Assembly: GCA_040384805.1 (NCBI GenBank)
Contig: JAZKIP010000008.1
Location: forward strand, 36,749-100,748
Direction of reading: 5' to 3'
DNA: 64,000 nt
DNA from: Patescibacteria group bacterium
GTDB taxonomy: Bacteria > Patescibacteriota > Minisyncoccia > Phycocordibacterales > UBA9973
Of this stretch, positions 9,798-20,345 are shown piece by piece (position 1 is the first letter of the stretch; every line of letters starts with the position of its first letter). A program made the position numbers and the translations under genes. The notes under the pieces are model-generated. The model did not search any database. It saw only the letters and a program-made list of their open reading frames with translations, and was not told the DNA's origin.

Positions 9798-9998
9798 TTA
9801 TTTGGCGATATAAGGCAATAATCCCATAAAGCGGGCGCGCTTGATCGCGATCGCGAGCTTGCGCTGGTTCTTGGCCGTGACATCTGTACGACGGCGAGCC
9901 ATCATACGAGCACTGGGCGTTAAGAAACGTCGAAGCAATTCTACGTCTTTGTAGTCGATATGCTTTATATTGTTGGCTGAAAAATAATCTTGTTTCAT
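9798..9998 (-). CDS. rpsR: 30S ribosomal protein S18
   Basis: IDYKDVELLRRFLT...RRRTDVTAKNQRKLAIAIKRARFMGLLPY: canonical bS18 motifs. 66 aa. Confidence 0.9.
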   Translation of the reverse strand: MKQDYFSANNIKHIDYKDVELLRRFLTPSARMMARRRTDVTAKNQRKLAIAIKRARFMGLLPYIAK

Positions 9999-10174
9999 AA
10001 CTGATTTTTAAGGACGTAACGACTATAAAAATCGTTATCCGCCCATAATTTATATACTAATTGTAATAAATTCTAAACAGAGAATATGCTACCTACTTCA
10101 CTATGACACTTTATTTAATCAATAAATTAAGGCGGGTAGTGAGAAATATATTCGCTGCACTTCTTATTTCTCTA

Positions 10175-10642
10175 CTAAAACGGTATATCTTCGGCATTTA
10201 TCTCTTCGTCTGGATATTCGATCGTATCGAGTTCGTCATCTTGTGAGGATCCTTGGGCTTGAGGTTTGGAAGCACTTTGGCTTGGGCCGCTTGATTCACT
10301 GCGAGATCCTCCGCCTGATGATCCGAATTGGACCCGGTCTGCAATGATTTCGGTACGGTACTTTTTCGTGCCCGTGCCGGCGTCATCCCAGCTGCGGGTC
10401 TGCATGCGTCCTTCGATCATAACTTGGCTGCCTTTCTTCATATACTGGGCGACAGTCTCCGCCTGACGGCCGAAGACGACGATATTATGGTAATCAGCCG
10501 ACTCCTGACGGGCACCGTTCTTATCTTTCCAGACGCGGTTGGTCGCGACGGAGAAACTGCACACCTTGATCCCCGATGGAATGGCTTTGAGCTCCGGATC
10601 GCGGGTAAGATTGCCGATGATAAATGCTTTGTTTAGGTACAT
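10175..10642 (-). CDS. ssb: single-stranded DNA-binding protein
   Basis: OB fold (NKAFIIGNLTRDPELK...) and an acidic C-terminal tail ending DIPF. Sits between rpsF and rpsR. Confidence 0.9.
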   Translation of the reverse strand: MYLNKAFIIGNLTRDPELKAIPSGIKVCSFSVATNRVWKDKNGARQESADYHNIVVFGRQAETVAQYMKKGSQVMIEGRMQTRSWDDAGTGTKKYRTEIIADRVQFGSSGGGSRSESSGPSQSASKPQAQGSSQDDELDTIEYPDEEINAEDIPF

Positions 10643-10674
10643 ATGTAGTTTATAGATTGCTGTTAATCTTCTTA

Positions 10675-11172
10675 TTATACTACAAGCGCGTCAATTTCCT
10701 TGTCGATGACTTCTTCGTTGATTGGGCCCGTTTCTTCGGATCGATTCGTTCGCGGACGCCGTGCTCCTTCTGTCTTGCCGTACGGACGCTTGGAAGACAT
10801 CGTGCTTTCGCGGACGGTCGTTATCATAAGATAGCGGACGAGCTTCTCGTTCTTATCGAGGCTTTCCTTGATCGCTTTCCCCTGAACCGTCGTGCACTCG
10901 AATTTTACCCAGCCGAAGTATCCGTATGAGAACTTCTGCTTCTTGTTGGCGATCGAGCGGGACATTTCGTACGCAAGTTCCATCATCTTAGGGTATTCAT
11001 CCGATATGAATATAGCTCCCTGCGCCTGGAGTTCATCCTTGAAAGCTGTTACTTCTCCTCCTACATTTTCCTCTGAGATCGTCGGCACCATGAGATATCC
11101 GACTTCATAAACACTCATGCGGCCTTCTGCCTTATTCTCATCTATATCATGAGATTCTGTTGTTTTTGCCAT
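10675..11172 (-). CDS. rpsF: 30S ribosomal protein S6 (with extended basic C-terminus)
   Basis: S6-like N-terminal region YEVGYLMVP...AFKDELQAQGAIF...GYFGWVKFE. Conserved rpsF-ssb-rpsR order. Confidence 0.85.
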   Translation of the reverse strand: MAKTTESHDIDENKAEGRMSVYEVGYLMVPTISEENVGGEVTAFKDELQAQGAIFISDEYPKMMELAYEMSRSIANKKQKFSYGYFGWVKFECTTVQGKAIKESLDKNEKLVRYLMITTVRESTMSSKRPYGKTEGARRPRTNRSEETGPINEEVIDKEIDALVV

Positions 11173-11292
11173 GAATAATGCGTAAAAATACGCGATAATT
11201 TTTGCTTTTAATGATGTTTCGCTATGGACCTTTGTGTACCGACTTTAAGGCCGGGACAAACGAAACGTTTAAATATACTAGCAGAAATAAGG

Positions 11293-12135
11293 CTATATGT
11301 CAAAAACGCGCTTTGCGTTTGAGAGGATCTGCGAAGCAACTTCTTCGACAGGCAGGGATTTTATCTCTGCGATCTTTTTCACCACTTCTTCAACATAGAG
11401 GGGCTCATTGCGTTTCCCTCGATGCGGGGCAGGCGTCACATACGGCGAATCTGTTTCCGACATGATCATATCAAGAGGCGTAGTGCGAATAATGTCGTCG
11501 TAATTGCGCGCGAAGGTGATCACTCCCGTAAACGACAGAGTAAACCCGAAATTAAGAAATCCCTTCGCATCTTCGGGAGTCCCTGCGAAGAAATGAACAT
11601 CGCCCTTAACTCGTGCATGCTCTCTGAGAATTGCGAGAGCGTCGGAATAGGCATTGCGGCTTGTATCATCCGGATTGTTGCGGATATGAAGCATGAGCGG
11701 CTTGTTGAATTCATTGGCAAGTTCAATTTGAGAGATAAAGGCTTTCTTTTGCTTCTCAATTGATTCTTCCGTGCATCGATAGTAATCGAGACCACACTCG
11801 CCGATACCGACAACTTTCGGATCTTTTAGTAATTCACGATACGCATCCTTGTCGAATGTTTCCCCGCGCGATGTGAATTCCTTGCCGCCTTCTCCAAGCT
11901 CTTTCTCGTCATGATATGATGCGCCAGTATGAATAGGGTGAAGACCGATGATCGCGTACACTCCCCGAGGATAGCGATTAGCTATCTCAACCGCCTTACG
12001 TGATGTATCGAGTTGAGTTCCGACATTGATTATCCATGTGTCATTATTAAGAGCACGCGCAATAGCCGCATCGCGGTCCTCGTCGAATGCTTTGAAATTT
12101 ACATGTGAATGGATGTCGATGTATTTCGGAGTCAT
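11293..12135 (-). CDS. tatD: TatD-family metal-dependent hydrolase/DNase
   Basis: YIDIHSHVNF, GLHP, GECGLDY, ETDSPY: TatD/TIM-barrel metal-ligand motifs. 280 aa. Confidence 0.85.
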   Translation of the reverse strand: MTPKYIDIHSHVNFKAFDEDRDAAIARALNNDTWIINVGTQLDTSRKAVEIANRYPRGVYAIIGLHPIHTGASYHDEKELGEGGKEFTSRGETFDKDAYRELLKDPKVVGIGECGLDYYRCTEESIEKQKKAFISQIELANEFNKPLMLHIRNNPDDTSRNAYSDALAILREHARVKGDVHFFAGTPEDAKGFLNFGFTLSFTGVITFARNYDDIIRTTPLDMIMSETDSPYVTPAPHRGKRNEPLYVEEVVKKIAEIKSLPVEEVASQILSNAKRVFDI

Positions 12136-12140
12136 ACCAA

Positions 12141-13583
12141 TTAGTCTTTTCGCGCAAAAAGAGGCGTTTCCGGCTTTTTATTTTCTCTGATCAGGTTTTT
12201 AAGTTTCTCATTCGTTTCCGGAAGTATGGGATTGAGCATTCGGGCGATTTGATAAAGGCGAAGCACATGATCGCGAATAAGATCTTTCCCTTTTTCAGGA
12301 TCGACCTTAATTACTTTAAAAGGTTCGGATTCCTGTATTGCGCGATCGAGATTCTGAATCTCGTTCCATATATAATCGGTTACTTTTTTAAGATCGAAGG
12401 AGTCATACATCGCAAAATAATCTTCAAAATCAGATTTTTCCGGTATGGGCGGACACTCATCCAGATATTTTTCAGACAAGGCTAAGATTCGGCTTGCAAG
12501 ATTTCCAAGACCATTGGCGAGTCCCGAATTGTAAGCCTCCTTGAATCTTTCCATGGTAAACGGACTGTCCTCGAAGGGAGAGAGTTCGCGCATGACGAAA
12601 TAACGCAACGCATCAGTGCCATATTCTTTCACCACATCATAAGGATTGATCACATTGCCGATTGATTTGGACATCTTAATGCCGCCATCGCCCGTGATGA
12701 ATCCCTCGACGATGATCTGACGCGAACATGGCAGATCCGCCGCCATGAGCATCGCCTGCCACATCGCCGACTGCTGGCGGAGATTATCCTTGCCGCAATA
12801 TTGAGTCGGCGTTCCATTGATCCAGTATTTCTCGAATTGCTCGCTATCTTCCGGCCAACCGAGAGTAGAGATATAGTTCACCAGGGCATCGAACCATACA
12901 TACATTACATGATCCTCATCCCCCGGTACTGGCACCCCCCACGGCATCTTCGAGGCAAGGCGGGAAATGGAAAAATCTTCGAGTCCTCCGGAGACAAATG
13001 ATTTAATTTCATTGAAACGGAAATCCGGCAGAACGAAATGATCGTTCTTTTCATACAAAGAAAGAAGAGATTCTTGAAATGCCGAGAATTTAAAGAAATA
13101 ATTTTCCTCGTCGATTAATTCAAGAGGCTTGCCGGGGTGAATCGGACATTGTCCGTTCTCGTCGAGCTCCGAATCAGTTTTCTCCAATTCGCATCCGACG
13201 CAGTATTTCGTCTGGTATGTTTTCTTGTAAATGTATCCTCTGTCGTTGCATCGCTTCCAGAATACCTCTGCGGCTTTCACATGATGAGCATCAGTCGTAC
13301 GGATAAAATGCACGTCATCCGAAATGCCAAGAAGGCCTTTAAGCCCCCGGAACCTTTCTGCGTATTCGTCGACATACACCTGAATATCCTTGCCCTCGGC
13401 CTGTGCCGCGATCCACAGTTTCTGCCCATGCTCGTCCGTTCCCGTATTGAAAAAAACATCAAAGCCTTCGAGCTTCTTGGCGCGGGCAATTGCGTCAGCC
13501 CGGATGATCTCCATCGCGAATCCGACATGGGGATCGGCATTCACATACGGAAGTGTCGTTGTTATGTAGAAAGATGTGGGCAT
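12141..13583 (-). CDS. metG: methionyl-tRNA synthetase (short form)
   Basis: TTTLPYVNADPHVGFA (HIGH region) and KMSKSIGNVI (KMSKS), with a CxxC knuckle (YCVGCE...CPIH). 480 aa. Confidence 0.9.
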   Translation of the reverse strand: MPTSFYITTTLPYVNADPHVGFAMEIIRADAIARAKKLEGFDVFFNTGTDEHGQKLWIAAQAEGKDIQVYVDEYAERFRGLKGLLGISDDVHFIRTTDAHHVKAAEVFWKRCNDRGYIYKKTYQTKYCVGCELEKTDSELDENGQCPIHPGKPLELIDEENYFFKFSAFQESLLSLYEKNDHFVLPDFRFNEIKSFVSGGLEDFSISRLASKMPWGVPVPGDEDHVMYVWFDALVNYISTLGWPEDSEQFEKYWINGTPTQYCGKDNLRQQSAMWQAMLMAADLPCSRQIIVEGFITGDGGIKMSKSIGNVINPYDVVKEYGTDALRYFVMRELSPFEDSPFTMERFKEAYNSGLANGLGNLASRILALSEKYLDECPPIPEKSDFEDYFAMYDSFDLKKVTDYIWNEIQNLDRAIQESEPFKVIKVDPEKGKDLIRDHVLRLYQIARMLNPILPETNEKLKNLIRENKKPETPLFARKD

Positions 13584-13587
13584 ATAT

Positions 13588-14655
13588 TTAGGTAGCTACG
13601 CGCGCAACTTTGTCTTTCTCGATATCGTCGAGGAATTCAAGAAGGCAGACGGCAACAGGAATCGCGAGTACTACTCCCCAGAACCCGATCAGTTCGGCAC
13701 CGATAAGAACAGATAGAATGACGACAAGAGGCGAAACGCCGATGACTTTCTTGATAATGAGCGGATAGATGAGATAGTTTTCAAATTGATGAAGAATAAA
13801 GTAAAGAGCAAAGGTCATGAAGGCCAGACTCACTCCCCCGTCGAGATAGCTAAAGAGCATGGCAGGAATAACCGCAAGGAAGATGCCGAACGGAATAAGT
13901 TCAGAGAAGCCGGTGATAAGGGCAAGAATAAACGAATACTTTACTCCCATAATTGTGAGTCCGAGATATGTCAGGACGCCGATAATGAGGCCCAGAAGCA
14001 TCTGCCCTTGCATCCACAGTCCTATCTTGTGCTCTGTCCTTTGCCAGAGACCGATAATGTATTCTTCGGTATCGCGCGGCGTGATGATGCGCAGGAAACT
14101 CTCTATTCCCTTTTCGCGGATCGAAAGATAGAAGGAAACGATGATAATAAGAGCGAGATTGAGCGCGCCTCCGAAGGCTTTTCCGAAGATCGGCAGGAAT
14201 CCGCTTGAAAGAGATGCCACAAAATTCTGAGTGCTCTGTATCACGTCGGATAGAGATGCGTTATGGGAAATAGTCGAAACGACCCCCTTGGCTCCCGATA
14301 TCGTTTCATTCTGAAACGTATTAAGGAAGCTGTTATCCGGAATATAATGGCCAAGCGATGCGACAAGGAGAGACATTTCATTGATGAACACGGGGACGAA
14401 AACCGAGAAGAGTCCGATTATAATAGCGAATGTCAGGATATAAATGAGAAAGACGGTAAGCGTCCTGTTCTTGATATACGGCTTGACCTTGGCAACAGCA
14501 AATTGAACGAATGAAGCGATAACAATGGCAGTGAGGACTATCAGAACGACATTGATAAGCTCAATGAGAGCCACAACAAGAAGCCCGACAAGGAGTATGC
14601 GGATCATCGTCCCCGTCGAAATTGTAACATTGACGTTTTTAGGGTGTTCAGACAT
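13588..14655 (-). CDS. AI-2E family transporter (UPF0118/PF01594-like permease)
   Basis: 8-TM topology and conserved C-terminal block SELIPFGIFLAVIPA...YLIYPLIIKKVIGVSPLVVILSVLIGAELIGFWGVVLAIP. Confidence 0.7.
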   Translation of the reverse strand: MSEHPKNVNVTISTGTMIRILLVGLLVVALIELINVVLIVLTAIVIASFVQFAVAKVKPYIKNRTLTVFLIYILTFAIIIGLFSVFVPVFINEMSLLVASLGHYIPDNSFLNTFQNETISGAKGVVSTISHNASLSDVIQSTQNFVASLSSGFLPIFGKAFGGALNLALIIIVSFYLSIREKGIESFLRIITPRDTEEYIIGLWQRTEHKIGLWMQGQMLLGLIIGVLTYLGLTIMGVKYSFILALITGFSELIPFGIFLAVIPAMLFSYLDGGVSLAFMTFALYFILHQFENYLIYPLIIKKVIGVSPLVVILSVLIGAELIGFWGVVLAIPVAVCLLEFLDDIEKDKVARVAT

Positions 14656-14687
14656 ACCCTTATAATACCATAGCGCTATGGGGAATA

Positions 14688-15959
14688 CTAAAATTTCAAG
14701 ATCTTTTCAAGAGGCTTCTTGTTTTTCACAGGTCCGATAAGGGCCATATTCAAGAATTTCGTCTTGAATATTATTTTCGCCATTTTTTGAATATCGGATG
14801 CCGTCACTTTTTCAATATCTTTTATCCTTTCGTTGAGAGTTTTTATTTCCCCTTTCAGGAGTTCCTGCATTCCGTAAAACTGGGCGATGTCGTCCGTCGC
14901 TTCCAGGGATAATTTCATATTGCCGGACATAAATGACTTTACTTTGGCAAGTTCCGTATCGCTTACCTTTTCCTCCATAAGCTTCACGCACTCCTTCAGA
15001 ATCTCCCTGATCACTTCCTCGGTACGGGCATTATTGACCCCGGCCGATATCTGGAAGCTTCCATGATCAAGGGAGGCGTCATTGTACGCCCGGACATAGT
15101 AGGCGACGCCCATTTCTTCTCGCAGTTTGTTGAAAAGCCGCGAACTCATCCCAGCTCCTAAAATCGCTCCAAGCACCGAGAGAACAGAGTTACGTTTGTC
15201 GAAGAGATCGAAGCTCCGGACACCAAGGACGAAATGCGTCTGGTCTGTTTCCTTGTGCTTGATGAGGATCTGCGGCTTTGCCTGAATGTCTTTCGTCTTT
15301 ATTTTCTTTCCTTTCACCGACATGTCGACATTTTTGAAATGCTTTCGGACTTCCTCATATACCTTCTCGGAAGTTACCGATCCTGCAACCACAATAACGG
15401 TGCTTGCCGCTACATAGTGGGCTTTCTTGTATTGTATAAAATCAGCGCGGGTCATGGCGCGGATGTTTTCTTTCGGTCCCGCGATATTCCATCCTGCCGG
15501 CTGATCTCCGTAAAGAACTTCCTGGAAAAGATCCTGAACATGCCGTGACGGCATATCCTCGTACATGTTGATCTCCTCGATGATGACGCCCTTTTCCTTT
15601 TCTATCTCCGGTTCAGGGAATGTGGAATTCAGGTAGATGTCGGAAACGACATCGAAAATCTTTCCGAAATTCTTGGCATCAGACTTGGCATAGTAGCCGG
15701 TCATCTCGTGATCAGTAAAAGCGTTGTATTGGCAGCCGAGAGCGTCAAGCTCGTGGGATATCGCCTGTGCGCTCGGACGCTTGACCGTGCCCTTGAAGCA
15801 CATATGCTCAAGAAAATGCGAAATACCGTTGACCCTCTTGGACTCATAATCGGATCCCGTGCCAACAAGGACGAGCACTGTGACTGTGGGATTGTCCTTC
15901 ATAGGGACCGTCACCACCCGCAAGCCGTTTTTAAAAATTTTCTTTTTAGCTTTTTGCAT
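14688..15959 (-). CDS. M16 family zinc peptidase (pitrilysin/insulinase-like)
   Basis: Inverted zinc motif HFLEHMCFKGT (HxxEH) near the N-terminus. 423 aa with the M16 N and C domains. Confidence 0.8.
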   Translation of the reverse strand: MQKAKKKIFKNGLRVVTVPMKDNPTVTVLVLVGTGSDYESKRVNGISHFLEHMCFKGTVKRPSAQAISHELDALGCQYNAFTDHEMTGYYAKSDAKNFGKIFDVVSDIYLNSTFPEPEIEKEKGVIIEEINMYEDMPSRHVQDLFQEVLYGDQPAGWNIAGPKENIRAMTRADFIQYKKAHYVAASTVIVVAGSVTSEKVYEEVRKHFKNVDMSVKGKKIKTKDIQAKPQILIKHKETDQTHFVLGVRSFDLFDKRNSVLSVLGAILGAGMSSRLFNKLREEMGVAYYVRAYNDASLDHGSFQISAGVNNARTEEVIREILKECVKLMEEKVSDTELAKVKSFMSGNMKLSLEATDDIAQFYGMQELLKGEIKTLNERIKDIEKVTASDIQKMAKIIFKTKFLNMALIGPVKNKKPLEKILKF

Positions 15960-16497
15960 ATTGTTCTTTTTGCAACATAAGGATATCGTATCCCGTCATG
16001 ATGCGATCTTCTGATTTAATACCGAGAGACAAGAAAAATGTAAACATCTCGTCTTGGATTTTTTCCGAGTCTCCATCTGTTACAAGTTTTTCCATTTCTA
16101 TATACGAACCGAGATTCTCAACTTCATCTATACATATTTCATATTCATCATGATGAGTTATTATTCTCGTTTTATTTACATAAACAGCTTTTTGATAACC
16201 CATTAAAAGAAGCGCGTTTTCCATTTCCCCGGGAGAAGTGATTTCAGTTTCATATTCCAATGCATCAAGATCATTTTTGATTCTCTTTTTTAGGGTAAAA
16301 AAACTTTTTAGATTGTTCTTTATTCTGATACGAAGAAAAACATCATTCTTATTATATTCTTCTGCGGAACCGAGGTTTTTTACATAAACAACATCATTCT
16401 GCGTAATCTGTTCTTCAAAAGAACAACCGAGGTTTTTTAATTTTCCAACGATCTCTTCTTTATTATTTAATTTTGCTTTTATCTCTATTTCCTTCAT
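15946..16497 (-). CDS. CYTH-domain protein (triphosphate tunnel metalloenzyme/class IV adenylate cyclase-like)
   Basis: Starts MKEIEIKAKL (the ExExK motif of CYTH) and has alternating acidic/basic beta-strand residues. About 34% GC. Abuts glyQS and overlaps the M16 gene by 14 bp. Confidence 0.55.
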   Translation of the reverse strand: MKEIEIKAKLNNKEEIVGKLKNLGCSFEEQITQNDVVYVKNLGSAEEYNKNDVFLRIRIKNNLKSFFTLKKRIKNDLDALEYETEITSPGEMENALLLMGYQKAVYVNKTRIITHHDEYEICIDEVENLGSYIEMEKLVTDGDSEKIQDEMFTFFLSLGIKSEDRIMTGYDILMLQKEQYAKS

Positions 16498-17817
16498 CTA
16501 ATTCAATCGGTCTTTTATATAATCAACAATCTCATCTTTCTTAATGCGCTCCTGGAGCCCCGTATCGCGGTCGCGGACAGTAACGGAATCATCAGCGAGA
16601 GTATCGAAGTCTATGACGATACACCACGGCGTGCCGATCTCGTCCTGCCTGCGGTATCGCTTGCCGATATTACCATTGTCGTCCCACATGACGCGGCCAA
16701 ACTCATTCTTAAGCGTGCGATAGACCAGGTGGGCGTACTCGCGAAGCTCGGGCTTATTTTTCAAGAGAGGCGATACGGCACAGATGACAGGCGCAACGGA
16801 CGGCTTGAATGCAAGGTAGGGGCGGACTTCTTCCTTGCCGTTATTATCTTCCTTGTAGGCACTTACAAGAAGCGCAAGCATCGTACGTTCAACCCCAAAC
16901 GTCGGTTCGATAACATGGGGCACCACGCGCTCTTTCGTTTCTTCGTCAAAATATGAAAGATCCTTCGAGCTTGCTTTCATATGATTCTCGAGATCAAAAT
17001 CCGTCCGATATGCAAGACCGTATAATTCCTTTCGTCCGAACGGGAAATCAAATTCAAAATCAATCGTGCGTGACGAATAATGCGCACGGTCGGCTGCCTC
17101 GACTTCAAGCTCATGAACATGATTCATGTCGATGCCGATTGTCTCCATCCATTGAAGCATCTCCCCCCTCCAGTATTCGAAATGATTTTCCCAATTCTCG
17201 GGCTTCAGGAAATATTCTATCTCCATCTGCTCGATCTCGCGGACACGGAAGATAAAGTCACGCGGAGTAATTTCATTGCGAAACGCTTTTCCTATTTGCG
17301 CCAAGCCGAACGGCAGTTTCGGATGAAATGAATCGACGACATTCTTGAAATTTACGAACATTCCCTGTGCAGTTTCCGGACGGAGATACACTGTCGAAGA
17401 CGAATCCTCTGCTGCGCCGATCTCTGTCTTAAACATCATGTTGAATTTCCGCTCCTCAGTAAATGATCCTCCGCATTCGGGACATGCGCTCCTGTCTTGC
17501 AGCTGATCCGCACGGAATCTCTTTTTGCATTTCGTGCATTCGACAAGGGGATCCGAGAAATTATCAACGTGACCTGTCGCCTTCCAAACGGAAGCATTCA
17601 TGAGAATGGCAGCGTCGACGCCGTATACGTCTTCACGCGATTCGACGAACATCTTCCACCAGAGATTCTTGATATTGTTCTTAAGCGCCACTCCCAAAGG
17701 ACCGTAGTCCCACGTACCGGCCAATCCGCCATAAATTTCAGAACCTTGGTAAATAAAGCCTCTTCGCTTGGCGAGAGAGATGAGGGTTTCCATCAAATTG
17801 TTTTCCTGTTTTTCCAT
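16498..17817 (-). CDS. glyQS: glycyl-tRNA synthetase, alpha2 (homodimeric) type
   Basis: LAKRRGFIYQGSEIYGGLAGTWDYGPLG, Zn-knuckle CTKCKKRFR...CPECGG, and a class II catalytic core. 439 aa. Confidence 0.9.
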   Translation of the reverse strand: MEKQENNLMETLISLAKRRGFIYQGSEIYGGLAGTWDYGPLGVALKNNIKNLWWKMFVESREDVYGVDAAILMNASVWKATGHVDNFSDPLVECTKCKKRFRADQLQDRSACPECGGSFTEERKFNMMFKTEIGAAEDSSSTVYLRPETAQGMFVNFKNVVDSFHPKLPFGLAQIGKAFRNEITPRDFIFRVREIEQMEIEYFLKPENWENHFEYWRGEMLQWMETIGIDMNHVHELEVEAADRAHYSSRTIDFEFDFPFGRKELYGLAYRTDFDLENHMKASSKDLSYFDEETKERVVPHVIEPTFGVERTMLALLVSAYKEDNNGKEEVRPYLAFKPSVAPVICAVSPLLKNKPELREYAHLVYRTLKNEFGRVMWDDNGNIGKRYRRQDEIGTPWCIVIDFDTLADDSVTVRDRDTGLQERIKKDEIVDYIKDRLN

Positions 17818-17844
17818 TGATAATTTATGAACTGTAAGTTGTAA

Positions 17845-19737
17845 TTATTGCACAACACGCTCGTCTCCGATTTTATAGATAGGATCATTGGTAAGAACCG
17901 TCGTAATCGGGGCCTTGCGAGCCTTAATGAGAGTTTGCGTGAAAGAATCGGTGCCGGTAAGATTGATATCTCTCATAAGCTGAGGAACGCTTCCGACCTG
18001 AGACAAAGAAGGATTAAGAGCAATGGTGAAAGATGCTTCTCGGTTCGAACTGAATCCCGTGTTGGATTTGACCGTGCCTATAGTCCAGATTACTTCTCTG
18101 GTAACATCATTATATGACACATTTTCCGACACGCTTCCCGTCTTTCCGATCCACGTCACATAAGTCGGCAGCACGGAGCGAGCTTGAGCCTGTAGGACAT
18201 TGTTTGCGGAATTCGAAAGTGTCCACGTGACCGTATACTGCGTTTGAGATTCTGCTTTCGGAGGCAAAGGACCTGATTTATGGACTGCCGAGGAGGCAAT
18301 TTGAAAATCGGAGACGATTTTGACGGTTTTCTTCGCGAAATTATTTATATTGTCGAAGGTCGAACCGAGTGTCGGCTGGCGCCCGCGGATACTGACATCA
18401 AGAAACACCTGAGGATCCTTGACTGTCGTTCCGACAAGAGAGATCGGCCGAAATGAGAAGGATACCGCTCCACGTCCGCCCGGCTCGACATCGCCGAGAT
18501 CCGATGTGGTATTTCTGTCCCAGATGATCTGGTTCTTCGCTGAATCGAAGAACCCGTCCTTGGCGTCGACTGTCGTCTTATCATATGCATTCCCGGACAG
18601 CGTGACGATAATCTGGGCGTCAGTAATGCGGTTCGAAAGGTTATTCGCCCACTCTATGGTTGCCGTGACGGCTTCGCCGCCCGAAGCGGTATATGTCGGC
18701 AGATCCTGATTATCGACTAGAATATGCGCCTCAAGGAACGGCTTGGCAAGAGTAACAGCATGCAAGAGCGATGTATAGACCACGCTCACCGCCGACTGAT
18801 CACTCGCGCTCGTTGTCCCCGCATACGCATGGAACACCTGCTCGTCGCCGTTCTGCCCGATCAAGCGACCCTTCACGGTGACCGTAATAGGAGCCGCCTG
18901 AGACAGACTTTCAAGGCTGAAAATCGAATTGCCATAGAGCGGCGCGGGAACAGCGCTCTCAAAAACGAAATTGCCGGGATACGCCAATTGAAGCATTGTT
19001 TTTCCTTCGGGCAAAGTCGTATTCAATGTGGCGGTTACGGCAAGAGCGATCTCCTGTTCCGATGTCGCCTGAGCGGGAGCTTGTATCACGAGAGATAAGG
19101 GAGCCGAACTGATGGTCACAGGATAGAGTTCTTTCTTGACGAAAATCGCGTTTGAGCCTTCGGGATGATACTCGAGGCTTATCGCCACATTCCGCACCGA
19201 TCTTTCATCTCCGAAGAGGGTAACCTTGATATTGCGCGTAATGCTTTCTCCCGCCTTGATCGTTCCTATTTTCTCCCGCGGCAGACGGATCACGTCAAGC
19301 GGGTCATTTTCCGCGCCGCGAGGATATTCAATCAAGAGATCCGCAAGTTCCAAGCTTGCCTGATTGCGATTCGTAATCTCAATCTGAAGGGCCAACTCTT
19401 CCCCTCCTTTCGTAAAGGCGTTGCCAAGAACCTTGAGATCGATATTATCGTTCGACACCGACGCGCCGCCGTTGAAATACATAAGGCCCGCGAAACCGAG
19501 CGCAATGACGAAAAAGATGATCGATGCGATAAAGAATTTCTTGAATCCCGATGTGGGCGGTTTTTTCATTATAAGAGAATCCTTCTCGGGTATTTTCTTG
19601 GTATCGCCCTGCCACGATTCTCTGACAGGATGATCGATCGGATGAAGAACTCCTTCACGACGGCGGACAACGCTGCCTTCGCGATCGTATAAATGGCGCT
19701 TGACGTCTTCGATCCTGTTTTTATCATTCTCTGCCAT
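17845..19737 (-). CDS. hypothetical membrane-anchored protein with large extracytoplasmic domain
   Basis: 630 aa: an N-terminal cytoplasmic segment of about 65 aa, a single TM (FFIASIIFFVIALGFAGLMYF), then an extracytoplasmic region predicted beta-rich. No recognisable catalytic motif. Confidence 0.5.
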   Translation of the reverse strand: MAENDKNRIEDVKRHLYDREGSVVRRREGVLHPIDHPVRESWQGDTKKIPEKDSLIMKKPPTSGFKKFFIASIIFFVIALGFAGLMYFNGGASVSNDNIDLKVLGNAFTKGGEELALQIEITNRNQASLELADLLIEYPRGAENDPLDVIRLPREKIGTIKAGESITRNIKVTLFGDERSVRNVAISLEYHPEGSNAIFVKKELYPVTISSAPLSLVIQAPAQATSEQEIALAVTATLNTTLPEGKTMLQLAYPGNFVFESAVPAPLYGNSIFSLESLSQAAPITVTVKGRLIGQNGDEQVFHAYAGTTSASDQSAVSVVYTSLLHAVTLAKPFLEAHILVDNQDLPTYTASGGEAVTATIEWANNLSNRITDAQIIVTLSGNAYDKTTVDAKDGFFDSAKNQIIWDRNTTSDLGDVEPGGRGAVSFSFRPISLVGTTVKDPQVFLDVSIRGRQPTLGSTFDNINNFAKKTVKIVSDFQIASSAVHKSGPLPPKAESQTQYTVTWTLSNSANNVLQAQARSVLPTYVTWIGKTGSVSENVSYNDVTREVIWTIGTVKSNTGFSSNREASFTIALNPSLSQVGSVPQLMRDINLTGTDSFTQTLIKARKAPITTVLTNDPIYKIGDERVVQ

Positions 19738-19757
19738 ATGGCGATCATTATATCATA

Positions 19758-20342
19758 CTATAACTGGCTTTCCGTCAGGGCCTTATTGATATGCGAAATA
19801 ATGGATTGCCTTTTCCGGAGCAGGCTTTCCGTTTGAGATTGGTCGAAGGAAGACCCTATATATTCCGCCAGAATTTCGGAATCGCCGATATATCCGAGAG
19901 TATTCATAATATGGAGCACGAGATGAAGCTCAAGAGCTTCGCGCGATGCGGGCAAGAGATGCGAATCGTCGAGGATATGAAGAGCTTGGATAAAAGTATC
20001 GAATATTTTCTCGTGAGGGACCTCTCCGTCGCAGAGGCGTTCGATAAGTTTGCTCGTGCGCGCGATCAAAAGGAGCGACTGCTTATCGCTTCGTGCAAAC
20101 GGAAATGAGGAAATATTCGCAGCCGACGTCACGCGCCACAGGTCGCGGCCGCGGACAAGATCGACCGTGCAGTACGAGAAATCCTGCAGGGAGAAGCGAA
20201 GCTTGGATTTATGAAGTCTGATGCCCTGAACGACTGCACGAACAAGACCCATCTCGCGCGTATAGATAATGAGCATCTTATTAGCCTCGCCCATAGCGCG
20301 AGAACCGAGGATGAATCCGTGAGTGTGATAAATATGGTGCAT
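19758..20342 (-). CDS. recO: DNA repair protein RecO (short form)
   Basis: N-terminal OB region GFILGSRAMGEANKMLIIYTREMGLVRAVVQGIRLHKSKL and C-terminal helical region. 194 aa. Confidence 0.65.
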   Translation of the reverse strand: MHHIYHTHGFILGSRAMGEANKMLIIYTREMGLVRAVVQGIRLHKSKLRFSLQDFSYCTVDLVRGRDLWRVTSAANISSFPFARSDKQSLLLIARTSKLIERLCDGEVPHEKIFDTFIQALHILDDSHLLPASREALELHLVLHIMNTLGYIGDSEILAEYIGSSFDQSQTESLLRKRQSIISHINKALTESQL

Positions 20343-20345
20343 GTG

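Noticed and set aside
11173-11292. Possible S6:S18-binding regulatory RNA motif in the rpsF 5' leader
   Set aside because: I cannot verify the characteristic secondary structure by eye. Only a generic promoter-like AT-rich region is evident.
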